DNA of 61,383 nucleotides from Vulcanimicrobiota bacterium (GCA_030041115.1 JASHOM010000097.1:1-61383), one strand, 5' to 3'; positions 38,360 to 48,365 are shown, counted from the first letter of the stretch. Made by a program: numbers and translations. Notes: generated by a model from the sequence alone, not told the origin.

Positions 38360-39321
38360 TGACGAGGCACTCGGAGTTTGGTCGCTACACGGCGGTCCTG
38401 TGCGGTCTCGCCGGGCTGCTTGCGAGCTGCGGCAGATCGCAATTGCCCGTGGGTCCGCCAAACGACGCCTCGAACGTCGGCATGACTGCAGGTGCGCATT
38501 CGGAGCCGCTGCTGTACGTTGGCAATATCTCGGGATATGACGATGTTAAAGTTTACCCTGCGAACGCTAAAGATCCTAGCCCAATAGAGGTTATCTCAAC
38601 TGATCTAGATGCTCCAACCGGCGACTGCATCGACGGTGCCGGCACGCTCTATGTCGTCAACGAGCCACCTGGGCGGGGCTGGGTCACAGAATTCCCTGCT
38701 GGGAAAACGAAGCCATCGAAAGTCATTAGGAAAGGGATCAATACGCCGGCATTCTGCGCGATTGACAGCAATGGAAATCTTTGGGTGACGAACATCGGTG
38801 GCCCGAACGTCACTGAATATGAGAACGGTTCAACCAAGCCGCACACGATCATCACGAAAGGCATCATCTATCCGGACGGGATCGCGATCGACGACGCGGG
38901 AAACATGTACGTCGCGAACCACGTAACTGACGGTACTAAAAGTTTCGGTCCCGGAAACGTCGTCGTCTATCCGTCCGGCAGCAAATCGCCCAGCAGGACC
39001 ATCACCGATAGCGTAGTTTCCCCGGTGGGCATCACGGTAGACGCGAGCGGCACGCTCTACGTAACCAACGAAACCGAGAACAACGTGCAGGAGTATCGGA
39101 CAGGTCAGAGTCACCCCTATCAGACGATTACGCAGGACATGGTCCGTCCAATTGCGGTGACGGTTGACAAGAAGGGCTATCTCTATGTGACGGACGGTGG
39201 GGATAGCGTAGTCGTCGAGTTTTCGCCTGGCTCGATTACGCCGTCGAATCGCAAAATCAGCAAAGGTCTCTTCGAGCCGGAAGGAACGGCGTATTCGCCT
39301 CCGCTACTGCCGCAAAACTGA
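38359..39321 (+). CDS. NHL-repeat beta-propeller lipoprotein
   Basis: TTG start, lipobox LASC; six P.G.(C/I)(A/T)(I/V)D..G.LYV.N repeats. Confidence 0.82.
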   Translation: MTRHSEFGRYTAVLCGLAGLLASCGRSQLPVGPPNDASNVGMTAGAHSEPLLYVGNISGYDDVKVYPANAKDPSPIEVISTDLDAPTGDCIDGAGTLYVVNEPPGRGWVTEFPAGKTKPSKVIRKGINTPAFCAIDSNGNLWVTNIGGPNVTEYENGSTKPHTIITKGIIYPDGIAIDDAGNMYVANHVTDGTKSFGPGNVVVYPSGSKSPSRTITDSVVSPVGITVDASGTLYVTNETENNVQEYRTGQSHPYQTITQDMVRPIAVTVDKKGYLYVTDGGDSVVVEFSPGSITPSNRKISKGLFEPEGTAYSPPLLPQN

Positions 39322-39506
39322 AATCACTCGTTAAGGCTCCGCTGAGATTGTTGCCCCCGACTGGTATCGCCATATGCCGATCTGCTTTTTGTAGCTCTCC
39401 GGGCTGACGATCTTCCCAGCTTGGATCTACGGCGCAGCCGTTGGGATCATTGCCGGAAACGAGGGCGCCGCCTTCGTCGGCGGGCGTGAGCGGCGCCTCC
39501 CGCGAG

Positions 39507-39944
39507 CTAATGAACGAAGGTTGTCGTATCCGGGCCGATGCCGCTGATTTCGAGCACTGCACCGTTCTGCGCCACCGCATAGTGATGAACGCCCGCCGGA
39601 ATCGAGGCGACCGTGCCGGGCCCGACGCTCTTCGCTTTTGCCAGATCGATGGTATCGCCGAGGCCGAACATGACCGTGCCGCTGATGACGGTGACGTTCT
39701 CCGTCATCTTATGGAAGTGCGGCAGCGCTTTTCCGCCCGGCGGTGCTTTGAGCAAATACGCGTAGTACGCACCCGGCGTTTCCGGGTTGCCGACGATCGC
39801 CGCCATCTGCCATCCCTGGAATTGCGGCACGGGCTGCCACTTCGCCGTGGCAGGGGTCACGATGGTCGGCGTGGTGGCGGCCGTCGCGATGGACGTCAGC
39901 GCCGCAACCGCAAGCGCCGTAAGAAAGACTCGTGAGCGTAGCAT
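39507..39944 (-). CDS. Secreted cupin-domain protein
   Basis: Signal peptide; PHFH..TENVTVISG and IPAGVHH cupin motifs. Confidence 0.88.
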   Translation of the reverse strand: MLRSRVFLTALAVAALTSIATAATTPTIVTPATAKWQPVPQFQGWQMAAIVGNPETPGAYYAYLLKAPPGGKALPHFHKMTENVTVISGTVMFGLGDTIDLAKAKSVGPGTVASIPAGVHHYAVAQNGAVLEISGIGPDTTTFVH

Positions 39945-40052
39945 TTCGGGTACCTCCTGACGGGTGGACCATTCGCTAAGCGGCCCTCGTCTCCGCTTCT
40001 CCGGGCGCACGTAGGTGCCGGTATCCGAGAAGTGCAACGTCCGTTTGCGGAC

Positions 40053-40865
40053 ATGAGCTGGTTCTCCAATCTATCGATTCTGATCGCATTGCCGCTCTTC
40101 GCTTTGATCTTTGCTGCTGTTGCGGTCCTCGCTCACTCGCTCTTTCGCCATTTCCTTGCGTCGCCCGAGCGGCTCAGCGAACATCACGAAGTTGCCGGAT
40201 TTCTCGTGGGCGTCGTCGGCGTTCTCTACTCGGTCGTACTGGGATTTTTGGTTGGAACCGTTTGGACCTCATTCGCCTCCGCACAGCAGACCGCCGACCT
40301 GGAGGCCGGTTATGTCTCCGACGCGTTTAACTTCGCGGGTCAGCTGACCTCGCCGCAGGGCGGTGAACTACAGCGCCTCTTGGCGCGCTATGCCATCGTT
40401 GTCAGGAACGCAAACTGGTCCGCCCCGCCGCAGGCGAGCAAGGACCGGACGATCGACCTGCTCAACCGAGCCGTTCGCTTGACCGTCGCAGCATCGCCGC
40501 CTCCCGGAGCGAGCCCGGCCGATATTCTCGAACAGAACACGATCCGAAGCTCGCTGCTCGACAGTCTGCGCAGCATCGGCGACACGCGACGGCTTCGACT
40601 CGTTCAATCGGCGAGTCATCTCCCCGCGGGAATGTTGGAGGCCCTCATCATCGGAGCTGTTGCGGTGATCGTCTTCACGTTCTTTTTCGGCGTCAGGAGC
40701 TATGCCAAGCAGATGGTCATGACCGCATTGCTAGCCGGGACGATTGGTTTATTCTTTGGGTTGGTCATCGAGTTGAGCACGCCGTACTCCGGTTCGATTC
40801 GCGTGTCGCGCGACGCCTGGAGCCTCGTGATCCAAAATAATCGTCTCGGCGAATTTGCGAAGTAA
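40053..40865 (+). CDS. DUF4239-like membrane protein
   Basis: VGVLYSVVLGF, E-A, R..RL and LSTPYSGSIRVS pattern; 4 TM helices. Confidence 0.78.
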   Translation: MSWFSNLSILIALPLFALIFAAVAVLAHSLFRHFLASPERLSEHHEVAGFLVGVVGVLYSVVLGFLVGTVWTSFASAQQTADLEAGYVSDAFNFAGQLTSPQGGELQRLLARYAIVVRNANWSAPPQASKDRTIDLLNRAVRLTVAASPPPGASPADILEQNTIRSSLLDSLRSIGDTRRLRLVQSASHLPAGMLEALIIGAVAVIVFTFFFGVRSYAKQMVMTALLAGTIGLFFGLVIELSTPYSGSIRVSRDAWSLVIQNNRLGEFAK

Positions 40866-41025
40866 CGTTATGTGCCCGGTCCTGCGCGAGAGAGAATCGC
40901 CCGGCAATCCATAGGAGCGTCAATCCCAAATTGGGGCGCGATAATTTCCCGCGATTGCGCATATCGGATAGACACGGCCGGGGCCGAACCACTAGAATCC
41001 GCTTGAAGGGAGCCCTCGCCGCGTT

Positions 41026-41925
41026 ATGAATTGCTTAAAGCCCCTCTATCCGATACTCGTCGGGGTCCTCGCGTTCGCCGCGAATGCTTCAGTCGGCTGC
41101 AGCCAAGAAGCGACGCCGGCGCCCGCGGAAACGTCGCGCCCCACCTTTATCGATCGCCAGTACGACGGCAAGACCCACGTGATGGTCGCGCCATACCTTT
41201 GGGGTGCGACGGTCAAGGCTGATTACCAATTCCCGATTCCGAGGCTTCCCCGCCGCCATCACGCCGGTCCCACGCCCGTCACCGGGGCTGTCGAAGTCGG
41301 ACCAAGCCAATACTTGCCGAAGCTCAATTCGGCGGGGATGCTTGCCTTCGATGCGCGTAACGGCGACTTCGACGTTTTCGGCGATGCGATTTATCTCAAC
41401 GCCTCGACGAGCGCGACGATCTTCTCCAACATCAGCGGCCCCCTCGGCCGGCAGATCCCGCTAACGGTCGACGGCAACGCTCATTTGAGTACGGCCATCT
41501 GGGAACTCGCCGGAGGCTTCTCGCTTTTTCACAGCCATGACGCGGACCTCAGCATGATCTTGGGCGTGCGCGAGTTCCCGATGACGCTGAACGTCGACTA
41601 CGCCGCCACCGTGGGCAAACGCGGGCTCATCGCGCCGAGCGGCAGTCTCACGACGTCCGACTACACGAATGACGTGATTTGGGGCATTCGCGGACGGGCA
41701 TTCTTCGATAACGATCGCCTCTACGTGCCGTATTACTTCGACGTCGGTCAAGGCACCAACAATCAAACGTGGGAGGCGTACGCCGGCGGAGGCTACGCGT
41801 TCGATCACGGTCAGACGATCGTTGCGCTCTGGCGAGCGTTGAACTACAACGGCTTCCCGCCGATCGCAAACGTGCAGAAGATGAGCCTCGCCGGCCCGCT
41901 GCTGGGCTACACGTTCAACCTCTAG
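41026..41925 (+). CDS. Putative outer-membrane beta-barrel protein
   Basis: Signal peptide; APYLW, DAIYLN, DVG and GPLLGYTFNL C-terminal strand. Confidence 0.7.
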   Translation: MNCLKPLYPILVGVLAFAANASVGCSQEATPAPAETSRPTFIDRQYDGKTHVMVAPYLWGATVKADYQFPIPRLPRRHHAGPTPVTGAVEVGPSQYLPKLNSAGMLAFDARNGDFDVFGDAIYLNASTSATIFSNISGPLGRQIPLTVDGNAHLSTAIWELAGGFSLFHSHDADLSMILGVREFPMTLNVDYAATVGKRGLIAPSGSLTTSDYTNDVIWGIRGRAFFDNDRLYVPYYFDVGQGTNNQTWEAYAGGGYAFDHGQTIVALWRALNYNGFPPIANVQKMSLAGPLLGYTFNL

Positions 41926-42362
41926 TGCCGATCGGCGCGTTCCTGGCGCGTCTCGGACTCGCCGCCCTGTTGGGCATCGCGATTGGTTTCGAGCGGCAAT
42001 GGCGTCAGCGAGCGACGGGACTGCACACGAGCAGCTTGGTCTCGATCGGTGCGGCGCTCTTTGCGCTGCTCGACGAGGTTCTAAATGCGGGCGACACGAC
42101 GCGCATCGTTGCCGGCGTGGTGACCGGCGTCGGTTTCATTGCCGGCGGCGTGATCTTTCGCTCGGGAGTCAACGTGACGGGGCTCAATACGGCGGCCACG
42201 ATCTGGGCGACCGCGGCCGTCGGCGCATTGGCGGGGTTCGGCTATTGGGGCGAGGCCGCCGCCGGCGCCGTTCTCATCATCCTGTTGAATCTGGTCTTGC
42301 AACCGCTGGCCGATCGAATCGACGCCCGCACGCGCGCGCGCGACGCGAATCTCGACACGTAA
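41925..42362 (+). CDS. MgtC/SapB-family membrane protein (short form)
   Basis: IGFERQ..GLHT, RIVAGVVTGVGFIAGG and GLNTAATIW motifs. Confidence 0.92.
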   Translation: MPIGAFLARLGLAALLGIAIGFERQWRQRATGLHTSSLVSIGAALFALLDEVLNAGDTTRIVAGVVTGVGFIAGGVIFRSGVNVTGLNTAATIWATAAVGALAGFGYWGEAAAGAVLIILLNLVLQPLADRIDARTRARDANLDT

Positions 42363-42368
42363 CCTCGC

Positions 42369-42989
42369 GTGCAAAATTCAGCGCGCGTCGGCGTGACCTT
42401 CATTCTGCTCATCGTCCTGGCCCTCGACTCGGTCGACCGTTATCGCATCGCTCCGCCGATGCTCCCCGAAGCGATTCTCGCGGCGCTCGTCGTCGTGATG
42501 ATCGTTGCGGCGATTACGCGCTCGGGGCGCTGGCACGCCATCGAACTCGGTGCGCTCTGGGTGACCGTCGCGCTCGGCGTCTTTTACAACACGATCAACC
42601 TGGCGAGCGTCATCAATCGCCTGGTCTTCGGCGCGGTGAAGCCGTCGACGCTTTTCTATACCGCCGTGGCCATTTGGATCAACAACGTCTTCAGCTTCAC
42701 GCTTGCGTATTGGCTGCTCGACGGCGGCGGTCCCGACGCTCGCCGGCGGGGCGTCCAATACCCGGATTTCGACTTTCCCGCAACGAGCGAACCGCAGAAA
42801 GTGCGTCCCGGATGGTTGCCCGGTCTTGCGGATTACTTCTTCGTCGGGTTCACGACGGCGACCGCCTTTAGCCCTACCGAAGCCCAGCCGCTAACACCGC
42901 GCGCCAAGCTCCTGATGGTCGCGCAAAGCGCGATCTCCCTCACGACGATCGCCGTGGTCGCCGCCCGCGCGGTCAACATCATCCAATGA
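42369..42989 (+). CDS. DUF1345-like membrane protein
   Basis: YWLLDGGGP, DFDFP, DYFFVGFTTATAFSPT and ARAVNI motifs. Confidence 0.82.
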   Translation: MQNSARVGVTFILLIVLALDSVDRYRIAPPMLPEAILAALVVVMIVAAITRSGRWHAIELGALWVTVALGVFYNTINLASVINRLVFGAVKPSTLFYTAVAIWINNVFSFTLAYWLLDGGGPDARRRGVQYPDFDFPATSEPQKVRPGWLPGLADYFFVGFTTATAFSPTEAQPLTPRAKLLMVAQSAISLTTIAVVAARAVNIIQ

Positions 42990-44178
42990 GTGCCGAAGCG
43001 ATGAAACCGACTGCCGAGAGCGTAACGGCCGCAGTGACCACCCAGCCTGCGCAGGCCAGTGGCGCCGCTATCGGCCGGCCGCGCATGGCATCGGAGTTGC
43101 GGGCGACGAGCAGCGCGTACGCCAGCGTGACCGGAGTCGCGATGCCGGCCGCGACGGAAACCCAGTAGAGCAGCGCAATCGTCGGAATCGGGAGCAATGC
43201 AAAGGCGGCGCCGATTCCCAGCGACGCGAAGATGACGCCGTAAAAGAGCCTCGACTCGCCCGGTGACGTCGTCAGTCCCGCCGGTTGGCCGAACGTTTGC
43301 GCCACGACGTAGCCGTTCGTAGCAGCCATCACCGGAATCGCGATCGCGGCCGATGCGAGCAGACCGATGCCGAAGAGACGCTGATCCCAAGCGCCCGCGA
43401 GCGGCCTCAATGCGACCGCTGCCTGCGCCGCCGTCGAAACGGCAACGTGGTGTTTTCCCAGCGTTGCGGCCGTTGCAACCAAGATGAAGAGAAAGCTCGA
43501 CCCGGCCACGAGCATGCCGATCGCCGCATCGGCGTTGACCGCGCGCAGCGCCGCCATCGGCGGACGGCGTTCCGCAACCTCGATCGATTCCCAGAAATAG
43601 ACGTAACCCGTGAGCGTCGTCCCGAGCAGCGCGATCGCCGCGGTCAAGAAGGGTCGCGTCAAATCGAAACGCGGAATGACGATGGCATGCAGGATTGCGC
43701 CCCAGTCCGGCCGCGCGGAGATTGCGCCGGCGACGTAACAGAGAAAGATCAGCGTCAACCACGCGAGCAGCCGCTCTATCTTGAGGTACGACTTCGTCGC
43801 GAGCAACCAAGCGATGACGCCCACGAGTGGAACGACGAAATACGCAAAGGCGAGGCCGGACAGCAACGACAATGCCTCGGCTCCCGCCTGCACGTCCGCG
43901 CCGATCGTGGCCAGATTGATGAGACCCACGCAGCCGAGAGCGAGCATCGCCGGGCCGCGTCCGTAGGTTTGTGCAATCGCGCGCTGCAAGCTCATCTGCG
44001 AAACGGTCGCGACCGACGCCGCGATGGTCTGCACGACCGCCAGCATCGGTAACAACAGAATGACGAGCCAGGCCATCCCGTAGCCGGTCGTCGCACCGAC
44101 CACGGCAAGCGATCCGACCGTGGTCGGATCGTTTGCGGACGCGCCTGCGACTAAACCCGGGCCGAAGGATTCTCGAAC
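42979..44178 (-). CDS. NRAMP-family divalent metal transporter (start anomalous)
   Basis: FGPGLVAGASANDPTTVGS..GATTGY and GTTLTGYVYFWES motifs; about 11 TM helices. The conserved N-terminus lies upstream of the first canonical start. Confidence 0.82.
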   Translation of the reverse strand, partial: VRESFGPGLVAGASANDPTTVGSLAVVGATTGYGMAWLVILLLPMLAVVQTIAASVATVSQMSLQRAIAQTYGRGPAMLALGCVGLINLATIGADVQAGAEALSLLSGLAFAYFVVPLVGVIAWLLATKSYLKIERLLAWLTLIFLCYVAGAISARPDWGAILHAIVIPRFDLTRPFLTAAIALLGTTLTGYVYFWESIEVAERRPPMAALRAVNADAAIGMLVAGSSFLFILVATAATLGKHHVAVSTAAQAAVALRPLAGAWDQRLFGIGLLASAAIAIPVMAATNGYVVAQTFGQPAGLTTSPGESRLFYGVIFASLGIGAAFALLPIPTIALLYWVSVAAGIATPVTLAYALLVARNSDAMRGRPIAAPLACAGWVVTAAVTLSAVGFIASALIG

Positions 44179-45027
44179 TTACGCACCCTCGTCGCCGTAG
44201 ATGAGGGCCGTTTTCGTCGTCCCCGCGTAGAGATAATCGTGCAGCGGCCCTTGCAAGCTTTTGAAGAAGTCGTCGGCTGCGCGTTGACCCTTCTCTTCTT
44301 TTTCGTCCTTGCCCAAGACGTGCGTCGAGAAGCCGAACTCCGCAACGAGCGGCTCGAAGCGGTCGGGCACCGGACGAGCCCACACCGCCAGCGTTGCCCG
44401 CGCCGTGACGCCGTGACCAAAGGAAAGCGTGCCGAGATCCGATTGAAGCTCGAAGACTTTTGCGCCGGCCACGATCGCCATCGTTTCGTTCAGATCCACC
44501 CCGATCGTCTTGAGATGCGGCAGCGCGTTGGCCAGCCGCGAGAGCGGCGCCTCCAACGGAATCTCGGGATACTCGACGATGACGTTGTTCGAGAAGATGC
44601 TCTCCATGGTTCCGGGCGCCGTGCCTCGGATGAGCTCTTCCTTGAACTTCTTCTTTTGCAGCTTCGTCATGGTCGTATCCGTATCGAACTCCGCGGCCTT
44701 CTCGTAGCTGGGCGCGCGGCATTTGAAGGTAAGCTCCCAGCTCTCGTCCGGCCAGCCGCCTTGGCGGATTTGCCGGATGCGAAAAATGAGTTTGTTCTTG
44801 CGTAGGTCTTGGTTCTTCGTATCGTAGAACTGAACGATGCGCAGCTGCGAGTCGAGCGACTCAACCGGCTCGTAGCGGACGCCTAGCTTCTCGGCGGCCC
44901 TGTGAAGCAGCTCGTTGAACTCCAGCACGGCACGCCGGCTTGGAAACTTCTCCGGTTTGAGCAGCAGCTTGAACTCGCGATGCGTCACCAGCGGCATTGC
45001 GGATGTTCCTTTTCCGTCTTTACTCAT
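44179..45027 (-). CDS. CYTH-like (triphosphate tunnel) hypothetical protein
   Basis: REFKL, FYDT..DL..IFRIR and ELTFK motifs; ATGA overlap with the FGE gene. Confidence 0.6.
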   Translation of the reverse strand: MSKDGKGTSAMPLVTHREFKLLLKPEKFPSRRAVLEFNELLHRAAEKLGVRYEPVESLDSQLRIVQFYDTKNQDLRKNKLIFRIRQIRQGGWPDESWELTFKCRAPSYEKAAEFDTDTTMTKLQKKKFKEELIRGTAPGTMESIFSNNVIVEYPEIPLEAPLSRLANALPHLKTIGVDLNETMAIVAGAKVFELQSDLGTLSFGHGVTARATLAVWARPVPDRFEPLVAEFGFSTHVLGKDEKEEKGQRAADDFFKSLQGPLHDYLYAGTTKTALIYGDEGA

Positions 45028-45953
45028 GAAGAAAACTCCTCGTCCTTTACGCAGCGGAAACCGACGTGCGACATGCCGGTATCGATCATTTGCGGCGACC
45101 GTGCCGCGGGGCGAAAGCGTAAGCAATAGCTCGGCGAGCAGAGAAACGAACCGCCCTTGAGCACCTTGCGCGGAATGCGTACGTTGGGCTGGCAAGGATC
45201 GTAGCTGCGCTCGCGCATGTCGCCCGCGCAACACGGCGACGTCGCGGCGCCGCGCTCGGCCACGAACCAATCCGACGTCCATTCCCACACGTTTCCGGCC
45301 ATGTCGTAAAGGCCGTAGCCGTTGGGATCGAAGCTGCCGACGGGCATCGTGCGCGCCCCGTGACGCGACGCATGGCGCCAGGGGAAATCGCCTTGCCAGG
45401 TATTTGCAGCCGGCCTTCCATCCGGCTCCATCTCGTCGCCCCACACGAAATCCTTGCCGGCGAGGCCGCCGCGTGCCGCGTACTCCCACTCGGCTTCCGT
45501 CGGAAGACGCTTACCTGCCCAGGCCGCGTATGCCTCGACGTCTTCGAGCGCTACGTGCACGACGGGGTGATCGGGCCGTGCGTCGATCGACGTGTTCGGC
45601 CCCTCGGGATGTTTCCAGCACGCCCCGGGAGTCCAGCACCACCACTGCGAGTAATCGCGCAGGTTCACCGGACCGTCCGTCATGCGAAAGACGAGCGCGC
45701 CGGGAACGAGGTTTTCCGGCGGCGCTCCGGGATAATCCGCCGGGTTCAAATCGCGCTCCGCCACGGTGACGTACCCGGTCCTGCGAACGAACTTGGAGAA
45801 CTCGGCGTTCGTCACGGCGCAGCGATCGATCCAAAAACCATTCACGCGGACATTTCGGACCGGCGCCTCTTCGGGGTAGAAACGGTCCGACCCCATGCAA
45901 AACGTGCCGCCGTCGACGCGCACCATACTGCCGATACCAGTGTGCTCAACCAT
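45024..45953 (-). CDS. Formylglycine-generating enzyme (sulfatase-modifying factor)
   Basis: F.MGS..YPEEAP, RLPTEAEWEYAARGG, GLYDMAGNVWEW, KGGSFLCSPSYCLRFRPAAR and HVGFRC motifs. Confidence 0.95.
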   Translation of the reverse strand: MVEHTGIGSMVRVDGGTFCMGSDRFYPEEAPVRNVRVNGFWIDRCAVTNAEFSKFVRRTGYVTVAERDLNPADYPGAPPENLVPGALVFRMTDGPVNLRDYSQWWCWTPGACWKHPEGPNTSIDARPDHPVVHVALEDVEAYAAWAGKRLPTEAEWEYAARGGLAGKDFVWGDEMEPDGRPAANTWQGDFPWRHASRHGARTMPVGSFDPNGYGLYDMAGNVWEWTSDWFVAERGAATSPCCAGDMRERSYDPCQPNVRIPRKVLKGGSFLCSPSYCLRFRPAARSPQMIDTGMSHVGFRCVKDEEFSS

Positions 45954-46088
45954 ATGAAGAATGCCTGTTGACGTTAATCTCTCGCGACGCGCAGTCCTTT
46001 GGCGGCGGGCACTTGCAATTTTAGGATAGCGGGCGGCGTTTTGGCCGGCTATACTTGACTCCTAGCCCACGCACGAGAGGAGACCCGC

Positions 46089-47609
46089 ATGGCTCAAAAT
46101 CAGCCGAATATCGTTGCAATTATGGCCGATGACATCGGCTGGTTTAACATCGGCGCGTACCATCAAGGCATCATGTCCAGTCGCACCCCCAATCTCGACC
46201 GGCTCGCGACCGAGGGAATGCGCTTCACCGATTACTACGCCGAGGCGAGTTGCACCGCCGGCCGCGCGAATTTCATAACCGGCGAGCTGCCCATCCGTAC
46301 CGGCTTGACCACGGTCGGTCAGGCGGGCGCAAAAGTCGGCATGCCCGATGAGGCGCCCACCATCGCGGCCGCGTTGCGCTCGATGGGCTACGCCACCGGT
46401 CAGTTCGGCAAGAATCATCTCGGCGACCTCAATCAATACCTGCCGACGCTCCACGGCTTCGACGAGTTCTTCGGCTATCTCTACCATCTCGACGCGATGG
46501 AGGATCCGGCGCATCCCAACTATCCGCAAGAGCTCAGGGACAAGGTCGGTCCCCGCAACATGGTTCATAGCTGGGCAACCGATAAGGATGATCCCACCGT
46601 CGACCCACGCTGGGGGAAAGTCGGCAAGCAACGGATCGAGGACGCCGGCACGCTCTATCCCGAACGCATGAAGACCGTCGACGACGAGATCTTGAGTCAC
46701 GCACTGGCGTTTATCGATAAGGCACGAGCGGATAAAAAGCCGTTCTTCGTCTGGCTGAATCCCACGCGCATGCACGTGGTAACGCATCTTTCGGAGAAGT
46801 ATCAGAAGATGCGCACGCCGGAAAACGGGTGGTCCGAATCGGAGGCCGGCATGGCGCAGCTCGACGACATCGTCGGCGGCGTCCTCGAGAAGCTCAAAGA
46901 CGAAGGCCTCGAGGAAAATACCATCGTCATGTTCACCACCGACAACGGCGCCGAGAACTTCACCTGGCCCGACGGCGGACAAACACCCTTTGCGGGCGGT
47001 AAAGGCACGGTGCTCGAAGGCGGTTTCCGCGCGCCTTGTATCCTCCGCTGGCCCGGCAAGGTGCCGGCCGGCAAAGTCGAAAACGGCATCTACTCCGGAC
47101 TCGACTGGTTCCCGACGTTCGTCGCGGCAGCCGGAAATCCGAACATCGTCGACGAGCTCAAGAAGGGCAAGCAGCTCGGCGACCGCACGTACAAAGTGCA
47201 TCTCGATGGTTACAACCAGACGGATCTCATCACGGGAAAGGGCCCGTCGAAGCGTCACGAGATCTTTTACTTTGCCGAAGGCACGCTTGGTGCGGTCCGC
47301 CTCAACGACTACAAGTATCGATTCGTCGATCAGCCCGGCGGTTGGCTCGGCGGTACGGTCAAAGTCGACTGGCCCATCCTCACGAACATCCGGCTCGATC
47401 CGTTCGAGCGAACCGGCATGGCCGGCTCGCTGAATTACTACCACTTCTTCGTCTACCAGTTCTGGCGCTTCGTGCTCGTGCAGGAAGTCGTCGCCAAGGC
47501 TGCCGAGAGCGCGATCGAGTTTCCGCCCATGCAAAAAGGCGCGTCGTTCAACCTCGAAGGGGTCAAGGAGCAAATCCAAAAGGCCATAGCGGCCCACAGC
47601 GGCTCGTAG
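46089..47609 (+). CDS. Arylsulfatase (Cys-type, cytoplasmic)
   Basis: PNIVAIMADDIG, SCTAGRA (CxxxR), GKNHLG, TTDNG and GGKGTVLEGGFR motifs; no signal peptide. Confidence 0.94.
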   Translation: MAQNQPNIVAIMADDIGWFNIGAYHQGIMSSRTPNLDRLATEGMRFTDYYAEASCTAGRANFITGELPIRTGLTTVGQAGAKVGMPDEAPTIAAALRSMGYATGQFGKNHLGDLNQYLPTLHGFDEFFGYLYHLDAMEDPAHPNYPQELRDKVGPRNMVHSWATDKDDPTVDPRWGKVGKQRIEDAGTLYPERMKTVDDEILSHALAFIDKARADKKPFFVWLNPTRMHVVTHLSEKYQKMRTPENGWSESEAGMAQLDDIVGGVLEKLKDEGLEENTIVMFTTDNGAENFTWPDGGQTPFAGGKGTVLEGGFRAPCILRWPGKVPAGKVENGIYSGLDWFPTFVAAAGNPNIVDELKKGKQLGDRTYKVHLDGYNQTDLITGKGPSKRHEIFYFAEGTLGAVRLNDYKYRFVDQPGGWLGGTVKVDWPILTNIRLDPFERTGMAGSLNYYHFFVYQFWRFVLVQEVVAKAAESAIEFPPMQKGASFNLEGVKEQIQKAIAAHSGS

Positions 47610-47621
47610 CCGCCGGCGAAC

Positions 47622-48365
47622 CTACGCGTCGCGATCGAATTCGGCGTGCAAGCCCTCACCTAAGGTCTTGCGCGCCTTTTCTCCACCGCGAAGCGCCTCG
47701 GGCTCCCACGGCTCCCATTCTTCCCACCCAAACCACTGCGACAATAACCGGAAGCCGAAACCGGCAAAGAAGGCGATGACCGTGGACACGACCACGGAGA
47801 GCCCGAAGCCCTGATTGCAGACGAGATACGCGATGCCGGTGAGCGCCGCGGCAGCCACGAAGAACTCGCCGCGCACGAGCTGCTTGGGAACGCAGTTGCA
47901 GGCCACGTCGATGATCCACCGGCCGGCAGTCGTTGCGATGATGCCGATGAGCACCGCCGCGGCATATCCCAGATTCGCGCCGATCGCCGCCTGCACGCCG
48001 ACGATCGCGTACCACGGCAGTGAAAACGCCGTCATGAATTGGAAGAGACCGTCCTTGAAGCGCTTCTCGGCGGCGTAATCGATCCATAGCGCGAGCGCCG
48101 CCGCCCCGGTGCATGCGACGATGTACCACGGATTCTCGAGCGGCGTTGGAATTTTGTCGACGAGAATGTCGCGGATGATGCCGCCGCCGATGCCGCCGGC
48201 ATAGGCGAGAATGATGACGCCGACCAGGGTAAAGTGCTTGTAGTGGTCGGGACGGCGCGCCAGCAGCGCGCCGTTGAACGCGTTGGTCGTGGCGGCGATC
48301 AGCGAGATGTAGTCGACCAGGGTAAAGGTCCAAATACCGAACTTCGAAATGATGAGCGGCGTCAT
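47622..48365 (-). CDS. TRIC/YadS-family (UPF0126) membrane protein
   Basis: AFNGALLA, GGIGGGIIRDIL and second repeat TTAGRWIIDV..P. Confidence 0.85.
   Translation of the reverse strand: MTPLIISKFGIWTFTLVDYISLIAATTNAFNGALLARRPDHYKHFTLVGVIILAYAGGIGGGIIRDILVDKIPTPLENPWYIVACTGAAALALWIDYAAEKRFKDGLFQFMTAFSLPWYAIVGVQAAIGANLGYAAAVLIGIIATTAGRWIIDVACNCVPKQLVRGEFFVAAAALTGIAYLVCNQGFGLSVVVSTVIAFFAGFGFRLLSQWFGWEEWEPWEPEALRGGEKARKTLGEGLHAEFDRDA

Noticed and set aside
42833..44722. 629-aa minus-strand ORF
   Set aside because: An Arg/Gly-rich alternative frame overlapping the NRAMP and CYTH-like genes; a typical high-GC artefact.
46062..47597. 511-aa antisense ORF over the sulfatase
   Set aside because: A mirror-frame ORF caused by GC3-biased codon usage; no recognisable motifs.
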